The notes under the pieces: model-generated
The model's input: only the letters and a program-made list of their open reading frames with translations
Database searches by the model: none
Told to the model about the DNA's origin: nothing
Origin: Octopus bimaculoides
Lineage: Eukaryota
DNA length: 64,000 nt
Assembly: GCF_001194135.2 (NCBI RefSeq)
Contig: NC_068990.1
Coordinates: forward strand, 88,774,286-88,838,285
Direction of reading: 5' to 3'
Program-made: the position numbers and the translations under genes
Part shown: positions 44,626-58,105 of the stretch, piece after piece
Numbering within the stretch: the stretch's first letter is position 1
How the letters are laid out: every line of letters begins with the position of its first letter

Positions 44626-47199
44626 TTTGCAAGACAAAGAAAAGAACCCTTGGGTGAGAAGGGTTACGTATATGCACATGCACATGCATACACACACACA
44701 CTTATACATTTTTATATATTTTTTATTCATTCATTCGTTTTACTCCCATTTTTTTCTATGCCAATATAGGTTGGACAGATACTTATTTGAGGTAGTATTT
44801 TTCTGCCAGATGCTCTTCCAATCACCAACCTTTACCTGTTTTTCAAGGAAGGGATATATTTTTTTTATTCTACAACAATTTGTAATTTCAGAACTACAAT
44901 AATTAATGTTGACTGAGAATATAAATACAACACTGTTTGTGGTGTTGTGTGTGTGTAAATGCATTTGTATGAGTGCATGTGTTTGTATGTTTGTGGGTAT
45001 AATTTATGATGATCATACTAACAATTACACCTGATTTTGAGATGGCAGGAAATAATGCTGCTTTGTAAGACATTGTACATTCCAAACAATTATTTTGCAT
45101 TTTCCCGAAACTTCTGCCATCAAAGTTCCTTATTAATATTGTATGTAGCATTTGTATTCATTGCTGAGTTGAAAGGAAGTATGAATGCAGTCTGGCCTGA
45201 TTTGATTCCCAGCTGAATAAGCCAGTGGTGGCAAAAACATCTACATGTCTAAGAAATGTTTACCATAAGGTAACAATACACATATTTTCTTTATTTAGGT
45301 ATATTCATAGTCACTCTTTCCATTTATGTATTTCACAAAGACTTTGGTTCTGGCGCTAATTTCTAATTAGTTGTGGAATATACAGTGAATAAATGTAATA
45401 TGATGAATTAAAATGTTCCTTGTGAGGTTCCAATGTGTCTAGTTACTACACAAATTACTTAATATCTTCTTTAGTGAAGTACTCTGGAGGTATTTTCATT
45501 ATTTGGTTAGGCAAGATTTTTTTTTTTTTTTTCGGTGGGGGAGAGTTGCATACAAATAAGCTCACTTCATTCTCCTGGTACATTTCAGTCACCGTATAGT
45601 TAATCCCTTAAGGCTATCTGCTACTTATAGCAAAGCTTTACAGGAACCTACTTCTTTTAACACTGGTTGAAGAAATGAGTGGCTTCTCCAAAAGTCTCTA
45701 AGCTACAAGCAGTGACATTGTTATCATTTCCCTCATCAAAAAATCACCTGTGAGGCTTTTACTTTTGAGGACGTGTAGAATGAGTATTCTGACGCGAAAA
45801 TAAACGGTTAGTGATTGGAAAGGCAACTAATCAATGAGTCGATAATATATTCGTCTAACTCATGCGGACACGGAATACAGACGTAAAATGTGAGAATTGT
45901 TACTTCTGTATGGTTGCTATATCATAGAGGTAATGACTTTATGATGTCAGTTACATAGCTCATGTAGAACTCACCATTATTTGAAAGCTAACTGGACACC
46001 GTATGAATTGATGAAGTCTCGGTTGCTATCCATAACCCTCTCTACTTGGTAATTCCTATTATGTCTTAACAGTTTCTAAGACCAAAGTACTAATTAACAG
46101 CTATTAAATTGTGGCTACTCCACTTTAATAAATTGGAAGCATTTCTTAACTTGACGTGAATCGTAAAAGTTCCCGTAATCAGGAACAACTCATTCTCAGT
46201 TTATCTTTAACTATATGCTATAACGAATTTTGTTTCGAAGCACATATCCCACGCCTAAGTGTTACTTTAATGACTTTTATCGGTTACAACAAGAAAGAAT
46301 TGAAACAGGCTCGCAGACACAATTTGCCATGAATCAAACTCATCATTATTACAACGGGAAATAAGCAATAGTATTGCAAGTAACAGTGCCATCTAGAGGA
46401 AAGAGTAATGAAACTGGAGCAACTAAGGGGAGGTAATCTCGGCAGTGGCTAACTTGGTTTATTAAGTTCCTCGAGCAGTCAGTGGACAGTCTTAATGGAC
46501 TTGAGAGATAGCGATGAGACACTTCAACTGGATTGCTGCTATATAAGATTTCTACCTCACACAATTAATTATCCAGTGATATTTTAATTTCCTATTATTT
46601 ATAATTATTCCGACCATGTACATTATGATCTGTTAACATTCAGATCTACATTAAGGATTTATAACTTTACCAACTATTTCTACAAAACGGAATATTGTAT
46701 TTACACTCTGATTCTTCTCCATTTATATTTTTAGTGTCGGTTTGCAAAATATATTTTTCTCCTTTTAAACTCTGATTTTATTCTTCCTACAATAATGCTT
46801 TCTTAAATGGAATACTTATTCAGAAGAAAATTGTGTTTTTAATGTTTTAATTAATAATTTACACGTTGAGTTGAGATTAAACATTTGGCAAGTGTTCATT
46901 TAACCGTGTCACTTAAGCATAGCATCATCTATGTTCGCTTCAACATCTTTCTCGATATTAGCAATAATTAGATGTAATACATATATAAACACACTCTCAC
47001 GTAATGTATTGTATGTATAATATTATTTTGGCTAAAAAGGTATTTTTGATGAATGAAGCATTTTCTGTGAAACGCATGTTAAGATAAACATTCGGCAAGA
47101 GTTCGTTTATGTCTCATCTTCAATTAATATAAACCTACTGCTTTTTATTGATTATATATATATATATATATATTTATTGTATACACACACATATATATA

Positions 47200-47463
47200 T
47201 AGCGCACACGCGTATACATACATACACACTCTTGGTGCCTAATGAATCGCTGTACGGAAGAAATGTTTTACTAGAGTAAACAATTAACAAGTAATTGTTT
47301 AAGCGGACCATTTACACACTCGCGCGCGCGCAAATACACTCTTGCACGCGGACCACATACACATATATATATATGTATATATACATATATATATCTAGCC
47401 ATACAATTTTGTCCCATTTGACCAAATGCTTCTTGAAGCCTGTTCGGTTGTTGTAGCAGCAAG
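47200..47463 (+). promoter_or_regulatory. Putative CACHD1 proximal promoter / 5' UTR
   Basis: Locally CpG-enriched (cgcgcgcgc at ~47322) directly upstream of the start codon. TSS not determined. Confidence 0.35.
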
Positions 47464-48045
47464 ATGGCGGTTAAACTTTATTTCAGTATAGTCCGACTGG
47501 TGTTTCTTTGCACCACATTATTTATATGTGCTTTAGCTAACAGCTCGTCTTCGTCGAATGGCATTGATTTACTGAAAAAGAAGAAAGAGGACTTTTTACC
47601 AACTTCTTTGCCAAGTGAACCATCTTTAATTTCCAGTGCATCTCCTTTACTACGGCCATCATCATCACCTGGTTTACCAACGTCCCCGGTTGGTAATAGT
47701 GGTGATAACACGTTCCTTTCCCAGACGGGACCTTTATCAAAACCGATCACTTCAAAAAAGGAAACGTTCACTACTACGCACAGTGAGATCGATATTCCTA
47801 AAGATCCGAAGGACGGGAAGCACGAGGGGAATTCTCGGAAAGCGAAACATGGCAAATCTCAGTACAAGAAATCGAGAATGAAGGGTATTTATGATGACCG
47901 TTTCTACCGGGACAATAGCCTTACCGTTCAAGAACCAATTAATCCTAAAGACTTTGGAGGAATTATTATAGAACATGAAGCTCAACGTTTGTCTGCACAC
48001 CTAAGGAGGCTGACCAACGAAGAAATTGGAGTTACTACTATGCAG
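47464..48045 (+). CDS. CACHD1: Exon 1 of VWFA and Cache domain-containing protein 1 (alpha2delta-like)
   Basis: Kozak aagATGG; signal peptide MAVKLYFSIVRLVFLCTTLFICALA. The exon ends IIIEHEAQRLSAHLRRLTNEEIGVTTMQ|GTAAAT, matching recalled human CACHD1 SILDEAQVLASQMRRLAAEELGVVTMQ. Confidence 0.8.
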
Positions 48046-49817
48046 GTAAATACAACTTAGATGTTCAAATGCTCTCGGTTAAATTGTTGGGGAATCATTA
48101 CTTCTATGTGGGTATGCGTATAATTCAACCTATGACAATATATATTAAATATCCTATCATTTGTGTATGACATGAATTCTTACAGTTAATTGCTTGTTGG
48201 AGTTCTTTATGTATGCTGTTATGGGGTTACAAGAGGCTTTAAAAAGCGGCCACATGTCAAACGAAGACTATTTAAGGATTCCCTTGATAAAATCCTTGCT
48301 GTTGTTTAGTCCCAAATCAACATTAATCGAATACGCTTGTGATTAAAAACATTTCAGTAATGACCGTCCCAATTTTTGAGGGATATCTAGAACTTTACTA
48401 TCCTCTTATTTGAAAGGGTATTACTTCAAGCGTGTCGAGTGACGACCTGGAGGCTTTCTCGTTTACATGGTTTGCGGGTATTATCAGAGAAATAAAACTT
48501 GAGAGTCTATATTTATATCTGTCTATTTTGCCGTTTCATTTGTGCATTCTTGTAATGGCTAGTCTATCACCTTGCAGTGTAAATATCTTCCCAGCTATCT
48601 TCTTGACTTGCTCATAATCTATGTCTTTTATATGACAATCATCCTATATCTGTTTATCAAATAATACGTCTGTATATTTTATAATCTTGGTATTTACTAT
48701 TTATCTAGTATCATGTAATGAATCTTTCTGTTTGTCTGTCTGTCTGTCTGTCCATCCATCCATCCATTCACGTATCAAGCTATCTATCTTATATCCACGA
48801 ATCAATCTATTTGTCTTCATGCCTGCCTACCTAATATATGTATAATGCCATATAATGTATAAACCCTCATATATTGTGTTTGTTAATTACATAGAAAATT
48901 TTATTGCAATGTGCGTGTGTGAATGGATGATTTATATGAATTCTGTATTGTCTTTTGCATATTACAATTTATGTAGATATCTGTATTTTGTCTTCGTCGT
49001 CGTCTTAAATGTTTAGTATTTGTGTTGCCTATCCCACTCCAAAAATTAAAAATGCATATTATAAAGAAACAAATTATTGTCGAAATTGACTTAGTCTTTC
49101 AAATTTCTGATGCTTTATAAAAAAAAATCCCAGTCATACGCTGGGGTCGATTAAATCGACGATGCTTTTCCTCTAGAATGTGTAGCCTTATACCAATCAC
49201 AACTCCTTAATAAAATCTGTGCTAGCATGCCTGTATGTGTAAAATAGTTTTATTAGGTCAAAGACGACCCCTAAAGTAGGTTAATAGATTTGAGCTAACT
49301 TACAATAGGGGTAAAACGTTACTCGCTGCTGTTGCTACTATTACTACTACTACTGTTACTACAGCTATTGTTAATATTGTTAATGGTGGTACTACTACAA
49401 ATAATATTACAACTAGTACCGATACTACTTACTGATGTTTCTATTTACTGTAGCTGCGTCTACTACTGTTTTTACTATTGTACTACTTCTACTGTTTTTA
49501 TTGTTACTATTATTACTACTCTTGATCTATTACAAAAACAAGAACCACTACTACTGTTGCATGTATTTACAATTACCATTACTACCACCAATACTACTAC
49601 TTGTTAAGTTTCTATAATGCTCTTGGGAAACGTTTGGACATCATAACTTCCCCAGTAGTAAACATGCAGTGTTTCTGTGTAAAAAGATTATTATTTATTT
49701 GTTTTAAACGTTTAAATTCATATTTGTGTGAGTTGGTACAAATTTACCAAATTTACTTCTTGTTGATAAAAATCCTTGGGTTTGATCTCACTGATTGGCA
49801 GAACAATTGTCTCTTAA

Positions 49818-49929
49818 CTTCATTGAGGCTGTGTGAGTGAAAATGATTGATGAATCTGCAAGGAAGCCTGTTAGCTTCATTGAAGCTGTGTAAGTGAAAA
49901 TGATTGATGAAACTGCAAGGAAGCCTGTT
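49818..49929. repeat. 57-bp direct tandem duplication
   Basis: cttcattga(g/a)gctgtgt(g/a)agtgaaaatgattgatgaa(t/a)ctgcaaggaagcctgtt occurs twice. Confidence 0.8.
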
Positions 49930-50648
49930 GGATAGTGGTGTCCATAACTCGATGCCAACCTTGTCTCACGCACTGCATGCTGATCCTACCATGAGAATTA
50001 TATTAGGTTACACGTGTCTTTGGAATACTCAGCCACAAATAATTCATTGAGTAACTAGTTCAGTTGAAATCAACAGAAGATCCATTTAGTTGTAAGCACG
50101 TATATACATACACGTTATATATGTACATGCAGACTGAATATTTATGAGTGCAAACACGTCCGTGTTTATTGATATAGTAACACATCAAAGAGGACTGTGC
50201 TATTCTGCTGCTGACAATCTCTCTGGTACCAGTAGCATGATAAAATATGTACAGTCTATGTTGTAAAGTGGTTGATGATAGGGAGGGCATTCACCAGTAT
50301 ATACCAAAATATAACCTACACCACCATAGAAATGGTTGATTTTTCCTGTTGGTGTTTGTGTCAAATGATAAAGGACCATGAGTAGTATATTAGCATATAA
50401 AAAGGTCATGGCATCCTCCATCTAATAAAAAAAATTTGGCTGTGGTTGCTTGACCTGCTAGAAATAGCAACCAAACTATCCTGGGAGTTGAAAAATAGAG
50501 CACATTAAATAATGCAGTGTGAGTACACTATATTTGGGGTGGGGGAAAGGAAAAAGCTAGATGGTCATGGAATACAGTTGATCATAAGTTTGCTCAATCA
50601 GCCCAATCTAGGTGTAAATGACAAATACTTATGTATCANNNNNNNNNN

Positions 50649-50697
<49 letters not shown>

Positions 50698-51034
50698 GGT
50701 GGGGGTTGTAATGTATATATGCAAATATACAAAGAGTCAACCAAATTGCCTTAGAGTATTTAGTAAGAAACCAACTTGTAAATATAGCATGACCAGCTAG
50801 ATTTCAGTTTCAACTGATAAATTAACTTGTCTTGATGTTTCATGGTTTAATTTGTCAGAGAAGTGGTGGTTGTGGTGATCAGAGAATTGAAAGTTAAGCT
50901 GGTGTTGTTCACACTTCTATCATAGTTTTAACTTGTAAACTAAATAAACACTAATGGGTTTTACAGTGGTGAACAATTTCACCTCTGTTACCACAGTATC
51001 ACTACAGCATGGCTTATAAATAAATATGAATTCA

Positions 51035-51300
51035 GAGTGCCATGTAAAAAGCACCCATACTGGTGCCAAGTAAAAGCACTTGTGCTGGTGCTATGTAGAA
51101 GCACCCGATACACTCCGTGTAGTGGTTTGTGTTAGAAACCATGTCAAAAGCAAGCATGGAACTTCGGCACCTCTTCAGCTGGCCAGCTCCTGTCAGACTG
51201 TCACCAAGTCTGACCTTTTTCCAAGTAATGTAATATTTCTCCATGACCATATATGTTTTCATGGAACATTGGAAATGGACACCACTTGCATGATGGTAAC
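51035..51300 (+). mobile_element. RTE-tail element, degenerate
   Basis: agtgccatgtaaaaagcaccc...acactccgtgtagtggtttgtgttag. Confidence 0.45.
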
Positions 51301-52584
51301 ACTCACAACAAACACATGTTGATTTGGCAAGGACACACTAACACCCCACCACCACCACCACCAATGTACACATGTAGACAGTCTTTTCTTCAGTTTCTAT
51401 CCACCAAATCCATTCTCAAGGTTGTGATCAGCCTGGAGCTATAGTCAAAGACACTGGCCTAAAGTACCATGCAATGAGACTGAAGCAAATTTCTTACCAT
51501 GCAGCCTACTTTATATACATATATATATATATATATATATTTTAGTCCATCTATATTGTATTCTTGATGAAGACACTCATCTAACAATAGGATGGTACTG
51601 TAGTTGGCATAGTTACCATAGTTTGGACTTGACAAAGTACACTTCTGGAATTCTTAGATGCAACAGGGCACTAAATTATGGAATGACAGTAAGCAGGGAC
51701 AGCACTGCAAAATTAATGAGTACTTCATTAGCTCACAGTACTAGGTTCACATTATCCTGTGGAGTTTGGCTGTAGATGCAAGTACTATCAGCTCAGTGGC
51801 TCAGTTCTACAGCATTGTCTATTTCAGTGGACTATGTGAATGTCAAGAGCCCTGACTAGACTAAGGAGCCATTTCTGTAATCTGATTTGTTGCAGCTATT
51901 TTGCTTCAGTTATGTTCCTAAATCCCTTAGAAAAAGGGCTGAATGCCACAACCTCACATAAATCTGTTTGTATTTCTCATAAGAGTAATGTGCCATCTTT
52001 GAAATTTAGCTTCTCAGAGGGTATTTAGTTGGACCATACTATTGTTTACTCTCCAACTATGATGGGGTTTATTTGTATTTGGCATGTTGTCTTAGGGATT
52101 AGAGCTACTAACATGTGTTCTGAACAGAAAATGCTGCTATTAACATATGTTCAAAGCTTCAAATGCTGCAGGTAATACATTTTTCAAGTATCAAACATTG
52201 CAGATATTTGTTTTGGGGGAATATTTTAGCTGCTGTATCTCTCTTAAGCTTTGCTTACCTTTCTTTTTCTTATTTTCACTGACTCACCAGGCACTAATTC
52301 TGTCATTTATGTTGCTTTTTCTTTTGGTTTTCTTTTTTGGGGTTTGAAGTAGTCCATATTAAAAGAACAATGGATTGTCAAAATCTCTAGAACATCAGAA
52401 AAAGTCCTTTGTGCATTTTAAACTTTTAGTGAGGAGGAAAAGCAGTGTCTGTGACTTGTTACAGGGCCTCTGAGACTGGTTGGAGGGAGGGAGAATGGTA
52501 TCCTGAAATTTGTGCCTCTGAAGGGACCTTCCTAGGTGCAATCCCATGGTCATTTGTGACCATAGGGAGTCTTTAATATATATT

Positions 52585-52800
52585 TCATCATTATCATTAT
52601 TTAACATCTGTTTTCCATGCTGGCATAGTTTGAATGGTTTGACAGGAACTGGCAAGTCAGAAGACTATTCTAATCCCTGCTGTCTACTTTGGCATGGTTC
52701 CTATGGCTGGCTGCCCTTCCTAATACCAATTACTTTAAAGATCTTACTGGATGCTTTTTATGTAGCACCAGCAATAGTGAGATCACCAAGTAACTTGCAA
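52585..52800 (-). mobile_element. RTE-tail element
   Basis: catcattatcattatttaacatctgttttccatgctggcatagtttgaatggtttgacagg. Confidence 0.55.
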
Positions 52801-54464
52801 GAGATGACCTCAATTGTTGGGGTGAATGGTATTGAGGGACAGAAAAAAAGCCCTGCATTAGAGGGGAAACATGGCTACCTAACATGGGAATAGAGTTCGA
52901 AGAGGGTAAAGATGTGACGGGTGGGGTGGGGGTGGCTAACGAAATTGTGAAAGGAGAGTGGTAAATGGAGGAAAGGATGTAACAAGTAGTGGGAGGGGTA
53001 TATGTATTTGCATTATATATATGTTTCATTGGAGTATATAAACTCATTTGATTAAACATGTGAAATAAAGGGGTGGTTAAGATCAGGAGTTCATATCAGC
53101 TGCAGGCATATATTTTGATGTGTGTAAGAGCACTTTATTCTATACAGCCTCAGTCTATTTACTTGATAGTTTGGGAATATTTTTTGAAAGAGACTGACAG
53201 AAGTACATATACCTCTCATCATCTACAATTAGTCACTAGTGTTTACATTACATTTATTATCCCTTACTAACAGAATTTATCCAAAACTAGATTTTTTTTT
53301 CTTTATCTTTTGGTGTTTTGAAACCTTCCTTTCTTTCCTCCTTATTTGCATTTTTTTTCTCAAATTTTTATTGGGAATAAAATTTCTTTCACTTTGTAAT
53401 CTCTCTTTAACCCTTGATAAAAACTCCTCTATTTCTTAACATCCTACTTATATTTGTATATTATATTTTAATACTATCAGTATAAAACAGCAGCAGTAGT
53501 AATGGTGGTAGGAGTAGGAGTAGTAAAACAAACCTCAAGCAAACTAGTTATTTGGATATAAAAGCTAAATGCATGAGAAGTAGGTTGTTCACATCAAAGA
53601 ATTTTGTTCTTAACAATCTGTGACCAGTTTTCATATTCTGAAACTACTGGATAAATGGTGAATACTCTTTGATCTATCCGCTCATTTCCTTTTCTTTGAA
53701 ATCTTCTGAAAGCCATATTATATGTTATTTCCTTTGAAAATTATCGCTCTTGTATGAAATATTCATCAGTCTATAACAGTTTACTAACAATCCTGTTGTT
53801 TGAGCTTGTAGTTTATCCTTTTCTTTCTCATCATCATCATCATCTGAGAAAAATGACTTTTGGTGTTGAGATGCTGTGAGCAAGCCTGGACTTGGCAAAT
53901 ACATTTTTCCTTTGTAATTTGAAAGACTGCAATTTATATATTAATATAGAATAAAAGATTTGTATGTTTGTGTGTTCACATACACTTTTTATCTTTTATT
54001 GATTTCTATGAAATTGGACAGCGTTTGTTCTTAGGCAATGCCTACAAGGGTTTACATGATCATGCTGAACTCGGTACTTATTATGGTGTGGTATTTTATC
54101 AATAGTTTTATTTAACGATTATTTTATTGCTATCTATTTGTTGAACCATTAAATTACAGAATATAAATAGACAACATAAAATACACTGGTTTTTAGACAG
54201 TAAACGTAAACACAAATATGAACACAGACACAATACATGTCTATACGGCAGGGTTCTGAATAGTTTTGTCTTCACAAAATGTTGGTCAATCCAAGGCTAT
54301 AGTGTAAGTCATATGTCCACTATACCATTTATTTGGATGGAATCCATGCAGTTAGAAAGTGTACTTCTTAAGCTATCAGCCATGTCTGGATTGATGCATT
54401 GTTCATTCATTTGCCAAAGTACATGTTACTACTGCTGGAGAAACTCCTTTCTCAACTCTGCCCA

Positions 54465-54660
54465 GGATCGGCTGAAAAGTTTGTAGGGTGACCAAGATAC
54501 TCTCATGGAATGTGACCAAATGAAGTTTATTTTTCAACAGTCAACTTTACGGTCCACACACTTACATCGGTGTTGCAGTGCTTGAATCCCATTCTTGAAG
54601 AAGCTTCCATCCTGTTGGTCAAAAAAAAAAGTCATCAACAGCAAATATAACACCATCATC
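54465..54660 (-). mobile_element. Mariner 3' end fragment (same family as 16078-16678)
   Basis: ggctgaaaagtttgtagggtgaccaagatactctcatggaatgtgaccaaatgaagtttatttttcaac is the reverse complement of 16560-16670. Confidence 0.7.
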
Positions 54661-55189
54661 ATTTAAATATAATATTTAAGCAATGTGTTCGTGAATGGTT
54701 AATGGATGGTTAAAAGAAAATCTGTAGATAACTTTAAAATGTAATTGAGTTGCACTGCTGATACTGTAATGTATGTATGTTATACATGTGTATGTATATG
54801 CATTGCTATCCAGTGCCCCCCCCTCCACTCTATACACCCAGTTTTTCACCACTCACTATATTCCCTTCCCCCACTCACGCTTTTTGGGCAATGCCCTGCC
54901 ACTTATATTATGACCCTCATACCTCAAGGGTATACCCTAGCACCTGCCACCATCTATCTCTCTTACTTGACCATCCCATTTATAGTCTGATCACTATCCC
55001 CACCATCTCTCTCCTACTCTCTTGTACTCCTGCTGTTTCCCCACTCTCTCTCCTCTTACTCTTTCCTCAGGTTGGGTAACCATGTATCTCCTTTACGCCT
55101 GTTTCTGTCTCACTATAACCTTTCATCATCTAAAAGAGATCCTGTCCCCTAGTGCCCCCTCACTTCTCAAAGGATCTTTGTCTTGCAAG

Positions 55190-55325
55190 GAACTTGGTGA
55201 CCCTGCCAGTGCTGGTGCCACTTAAAAAGCATCTAGTCCACACTGTAAAGTGATTGGTGTTAGGAAGGGTATCCAGCTATAGAAGCCCTGCCAAAACAGG
55301 CATGGAAGGCAGACGTTAAACAATG
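55190..55325 (+). mobile_element. RTE-tail element 3' end
   Basis: ccagtgctggtgccacttaaaaagcatc...ggtgttaggaagggtatccagc...gcagacgttaaacaatgatgg. Confidence 0.5.
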
Positions 55326-55954
55326 ATGGTGTGTGTGTATATGTATGTGTGTCTGTGTGTGTCTATATATGTGTGTATGTTTGTGTGTGTGTGTATATGT
55401 ATATTCTCATTAAATCCTACCCTATAAGCTAGTTAGTTATTGGTTAAATCAAGCAAAATCTAAGTTAAGAAGTTGTTTCTTAAAGTTGGCTTTCTCTGCT
55501 ATCTTTGAATGTCAGTATTGTGGAGGTGACTATTCAGGCTGTGCTAGGTGAACACCTCACACCCAGCAAAGATGGTAAATTCATCATAAATATTAAGTTC
55601 ACACAGTTAATATAATCTCGGATCATAACAGGAAACTAACTTTTCTGTTTACTGTTTGTGAAATAGTGTGCAAGTTGTTTTTCAGATAGCACTGTAGCCA
55701 CAGCTATCTGATATTACTGGGCATATGGCAAGATAAAGGGTGAGTTATAAAAATAAGGACTGAAGGCAAGCAGCATTTCACTAGCATATATCCTCTTTAT
55801 TGATTTTGCATATTTCATTTGAACAAGACTTACAGATAAAAGTACTCAATACTTCAGTGAGTAGTGTGCCATATTCTATTTTTTAAGTTACTTGTTTCAG
55901 TTCTCAGATTTAGACTAGCTTTCAAATCTGGAAACTGAAATGAAATTTTGTAAA

Positions 55955-56120
55955 CAAGTAACCTAATGTGTGTGGTTGTGTGATAAGTTTGCTTCCAATC
56001 ACATAGTTCTGGGTACAGTTCTACTGCTTGGCACCTTGGGCAAATGTTTTTTATTATAGCCCTGGGCCAACCAAATCTTTATGAATAGATTTGATTGATG
56101 GAAACTGAAAGAAGGCTGTC
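55955..56120 (+). mobile_element. SINE head (tRNA-derived)
   Basis: tttgcttccaatcacatagttctgggtacagttctactgcttggcaccttgggcaaatg...ggaaactgaaagaaggctgtc. Confidence 0.5.
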
Positions 56121-57289
56121 CAGGGAGGTAGATTAGATTGGCACAATTAACAGAGCAATGCCTGAGGTATCTTGCAGTATCTGTTCTAGCTCTTGGTTTT
56201 CTGACAGCAACATTTGCAAGAATATTGGTGCTAAGCTATATTGGCACCAGTGTTGTTGGTAGCAGGTTAGTCTTTCCCTTGGAGTGGAGAAAGGAGTCTG
56301 GCATGCATGGGCAACTTCCAGTCTTCAACCAATGGGGGCTCTAGCAGAGACAAGCAGTGAACAGAAAAACAGCTCAAAGAAGCTATGGCTGCTATTTTTT
56401 TAGCAGGTTGAGTATCCATGTTGAGCAGGCTGGGGAACTCCTTGCCTGCAGGTAACACCTTTCCTACATTAAAATTTGGAACTGTCTATTAAGGATATCT
56501 CTAATAAACCCACATGAAAGGAAACAGTTTAAGCTTTCAGGTCAAAACAGAAATTTAATATAACTTGTGAACATAAACAGTTATGTCTCTCAGTACAGAT
56601 GCCTCATTTAGAATTTACCCCTGGTACTAAAAAGGCTCTCCACTTTTGATGGAGAGGGTCTCGTTTTTTGAGGTTGCTCTCTTCTAGTTTATAATGTGGA
56701 TATAGACAAAAGCACACTATAAGTGAATATAAAGCACAATTTCCCTATAAAACTTTATGCATACCTCTTGTGATTCAAATCTCAGCTTGATGTATAAACA
56801 AACATATGGAACTAATTAATGTTTATTGTCTGAGATGTTTCTGGAATAGTGATGTAGGAAACCCCACCTTTAATTTCTCTTATTTTAGCTGTTTTCCCAG
56901 TTGAAAAAAGTATTCAAAGAACATTTTATGGGGTTATGTGGCAAGGGAGGGATGGTGTCTGATTGTTCTGTAAATTCATTAACAGATTGTAAAACATTAT
57001 CTTAAAACATTTATAATTCTAATTAAATGCTTCAGAATGTTTTTTTTTTTATTTGAAAACATTGCCAAGGAATTTGTATCTTCGTTTCCTCTGGCTTATA
57101 TTTTAAACACAGTTTGGAAAAATAACTTTACTTGTTTTTGCTTATAAGTTACTTGTATATTGAAAAATTCAGTGTCACTTGCTTAAGTATCTGAATTGCT
57201 ATGCTGGAAACCCTTCTGTACCATCAGTAGGTATCTCAAGGTCACAAGCGTTTTGCCTCTTAGTCTGTATGTTTCACCTGAATGAGGCT

Positions 57290-57740
57290 GTGAAGACTGA
57301 ACTAGTCTTCAACTACAGAAGGATTCTACTTGCTGTCTTAGATAGCCACCTTGAGCTACTTTCAGCTGCTGTGCCTATCTCCTTGATAACTTTCTTCAGT
57401 TGTCTGGGTTCCAGACCTATCTTCTGTAGGAAATAGCACGCTGAACAGCTTGGAAAGCTGCAGCAACTGACTTCAATGGGTAATGAGGCCACATGCCCTC
57501 CCTTGATAAGAGCCTCATCAACTATTTCCTGATATTTTTTCTTTACTTGATTGGAAGTATCAAGTCTGTCATCCCAAGACACTGAGTTCAGCCACGATGA
57601 TGTTTTTGTATTCCTGGAGATTGATAAGTACCAGTTGAATATTGTGCTTGATAGAATTGGCCATAATCTCCACACAACATCTGGTCATTGGTCATTGTTA
57701 GAAATCAGTATTCCATCTCGTCCTTGTATATTGTAAGTTT
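57290..57740 (-). mobile_element. Hero-clade LINE endonuclease C-terminal fragment
   Basis: Minus strand reads IIVAELSV.WDDRLDTSNQVKKKYQEIVDEALIKGGHVASLPIEVSC...EIGTAAESSSRWL, the ELTVPWE...KY...IEVGCRGF-type motif. Confidence 0.62.
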
Positions 57741-58007
57741 AAACTTTCTAAAATGTGGCAGTTGGATATATTCCAAAATTTCTTTAAAGGATACAAAATG
57801 TAAACAAAATTAAGTATATCCTTTCCACTTACTACAAGCTCTTCTGTTGGCCGTTCCTGTTTTGCCCTTCAGCGCTAACAAACAGGATTATTATTTGATG
57901 TCTCTTGTTTGTTTTGACTTCTTAGAATCTAATGTTGGCAGATGTCTATCATCTGAAGTAACGCAGTCATTTCACTGACTTTTTTCACTGGAATAGTTTT
58001 ACCATAC

Positions 58008-58029
58008 TCTCTCTCTTTCCCTCTCTCGT

Positions 58030-58105
<76 letters not shown>
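58008..58105. repeat. (CT)n microsatellite
   Basis: Direct reading; one of many TA/CA/CT/ATT/CAT tracts in the window. Confidence 0.9.

Noticed and set aside
56889-56960. Alternative CACHD1 exon 2 (LFSQLKKVFKEHF...)
   Set aside because: The acceptor is plausible, but there is no recognisable similarity to CACHD1 and no convincing donor.
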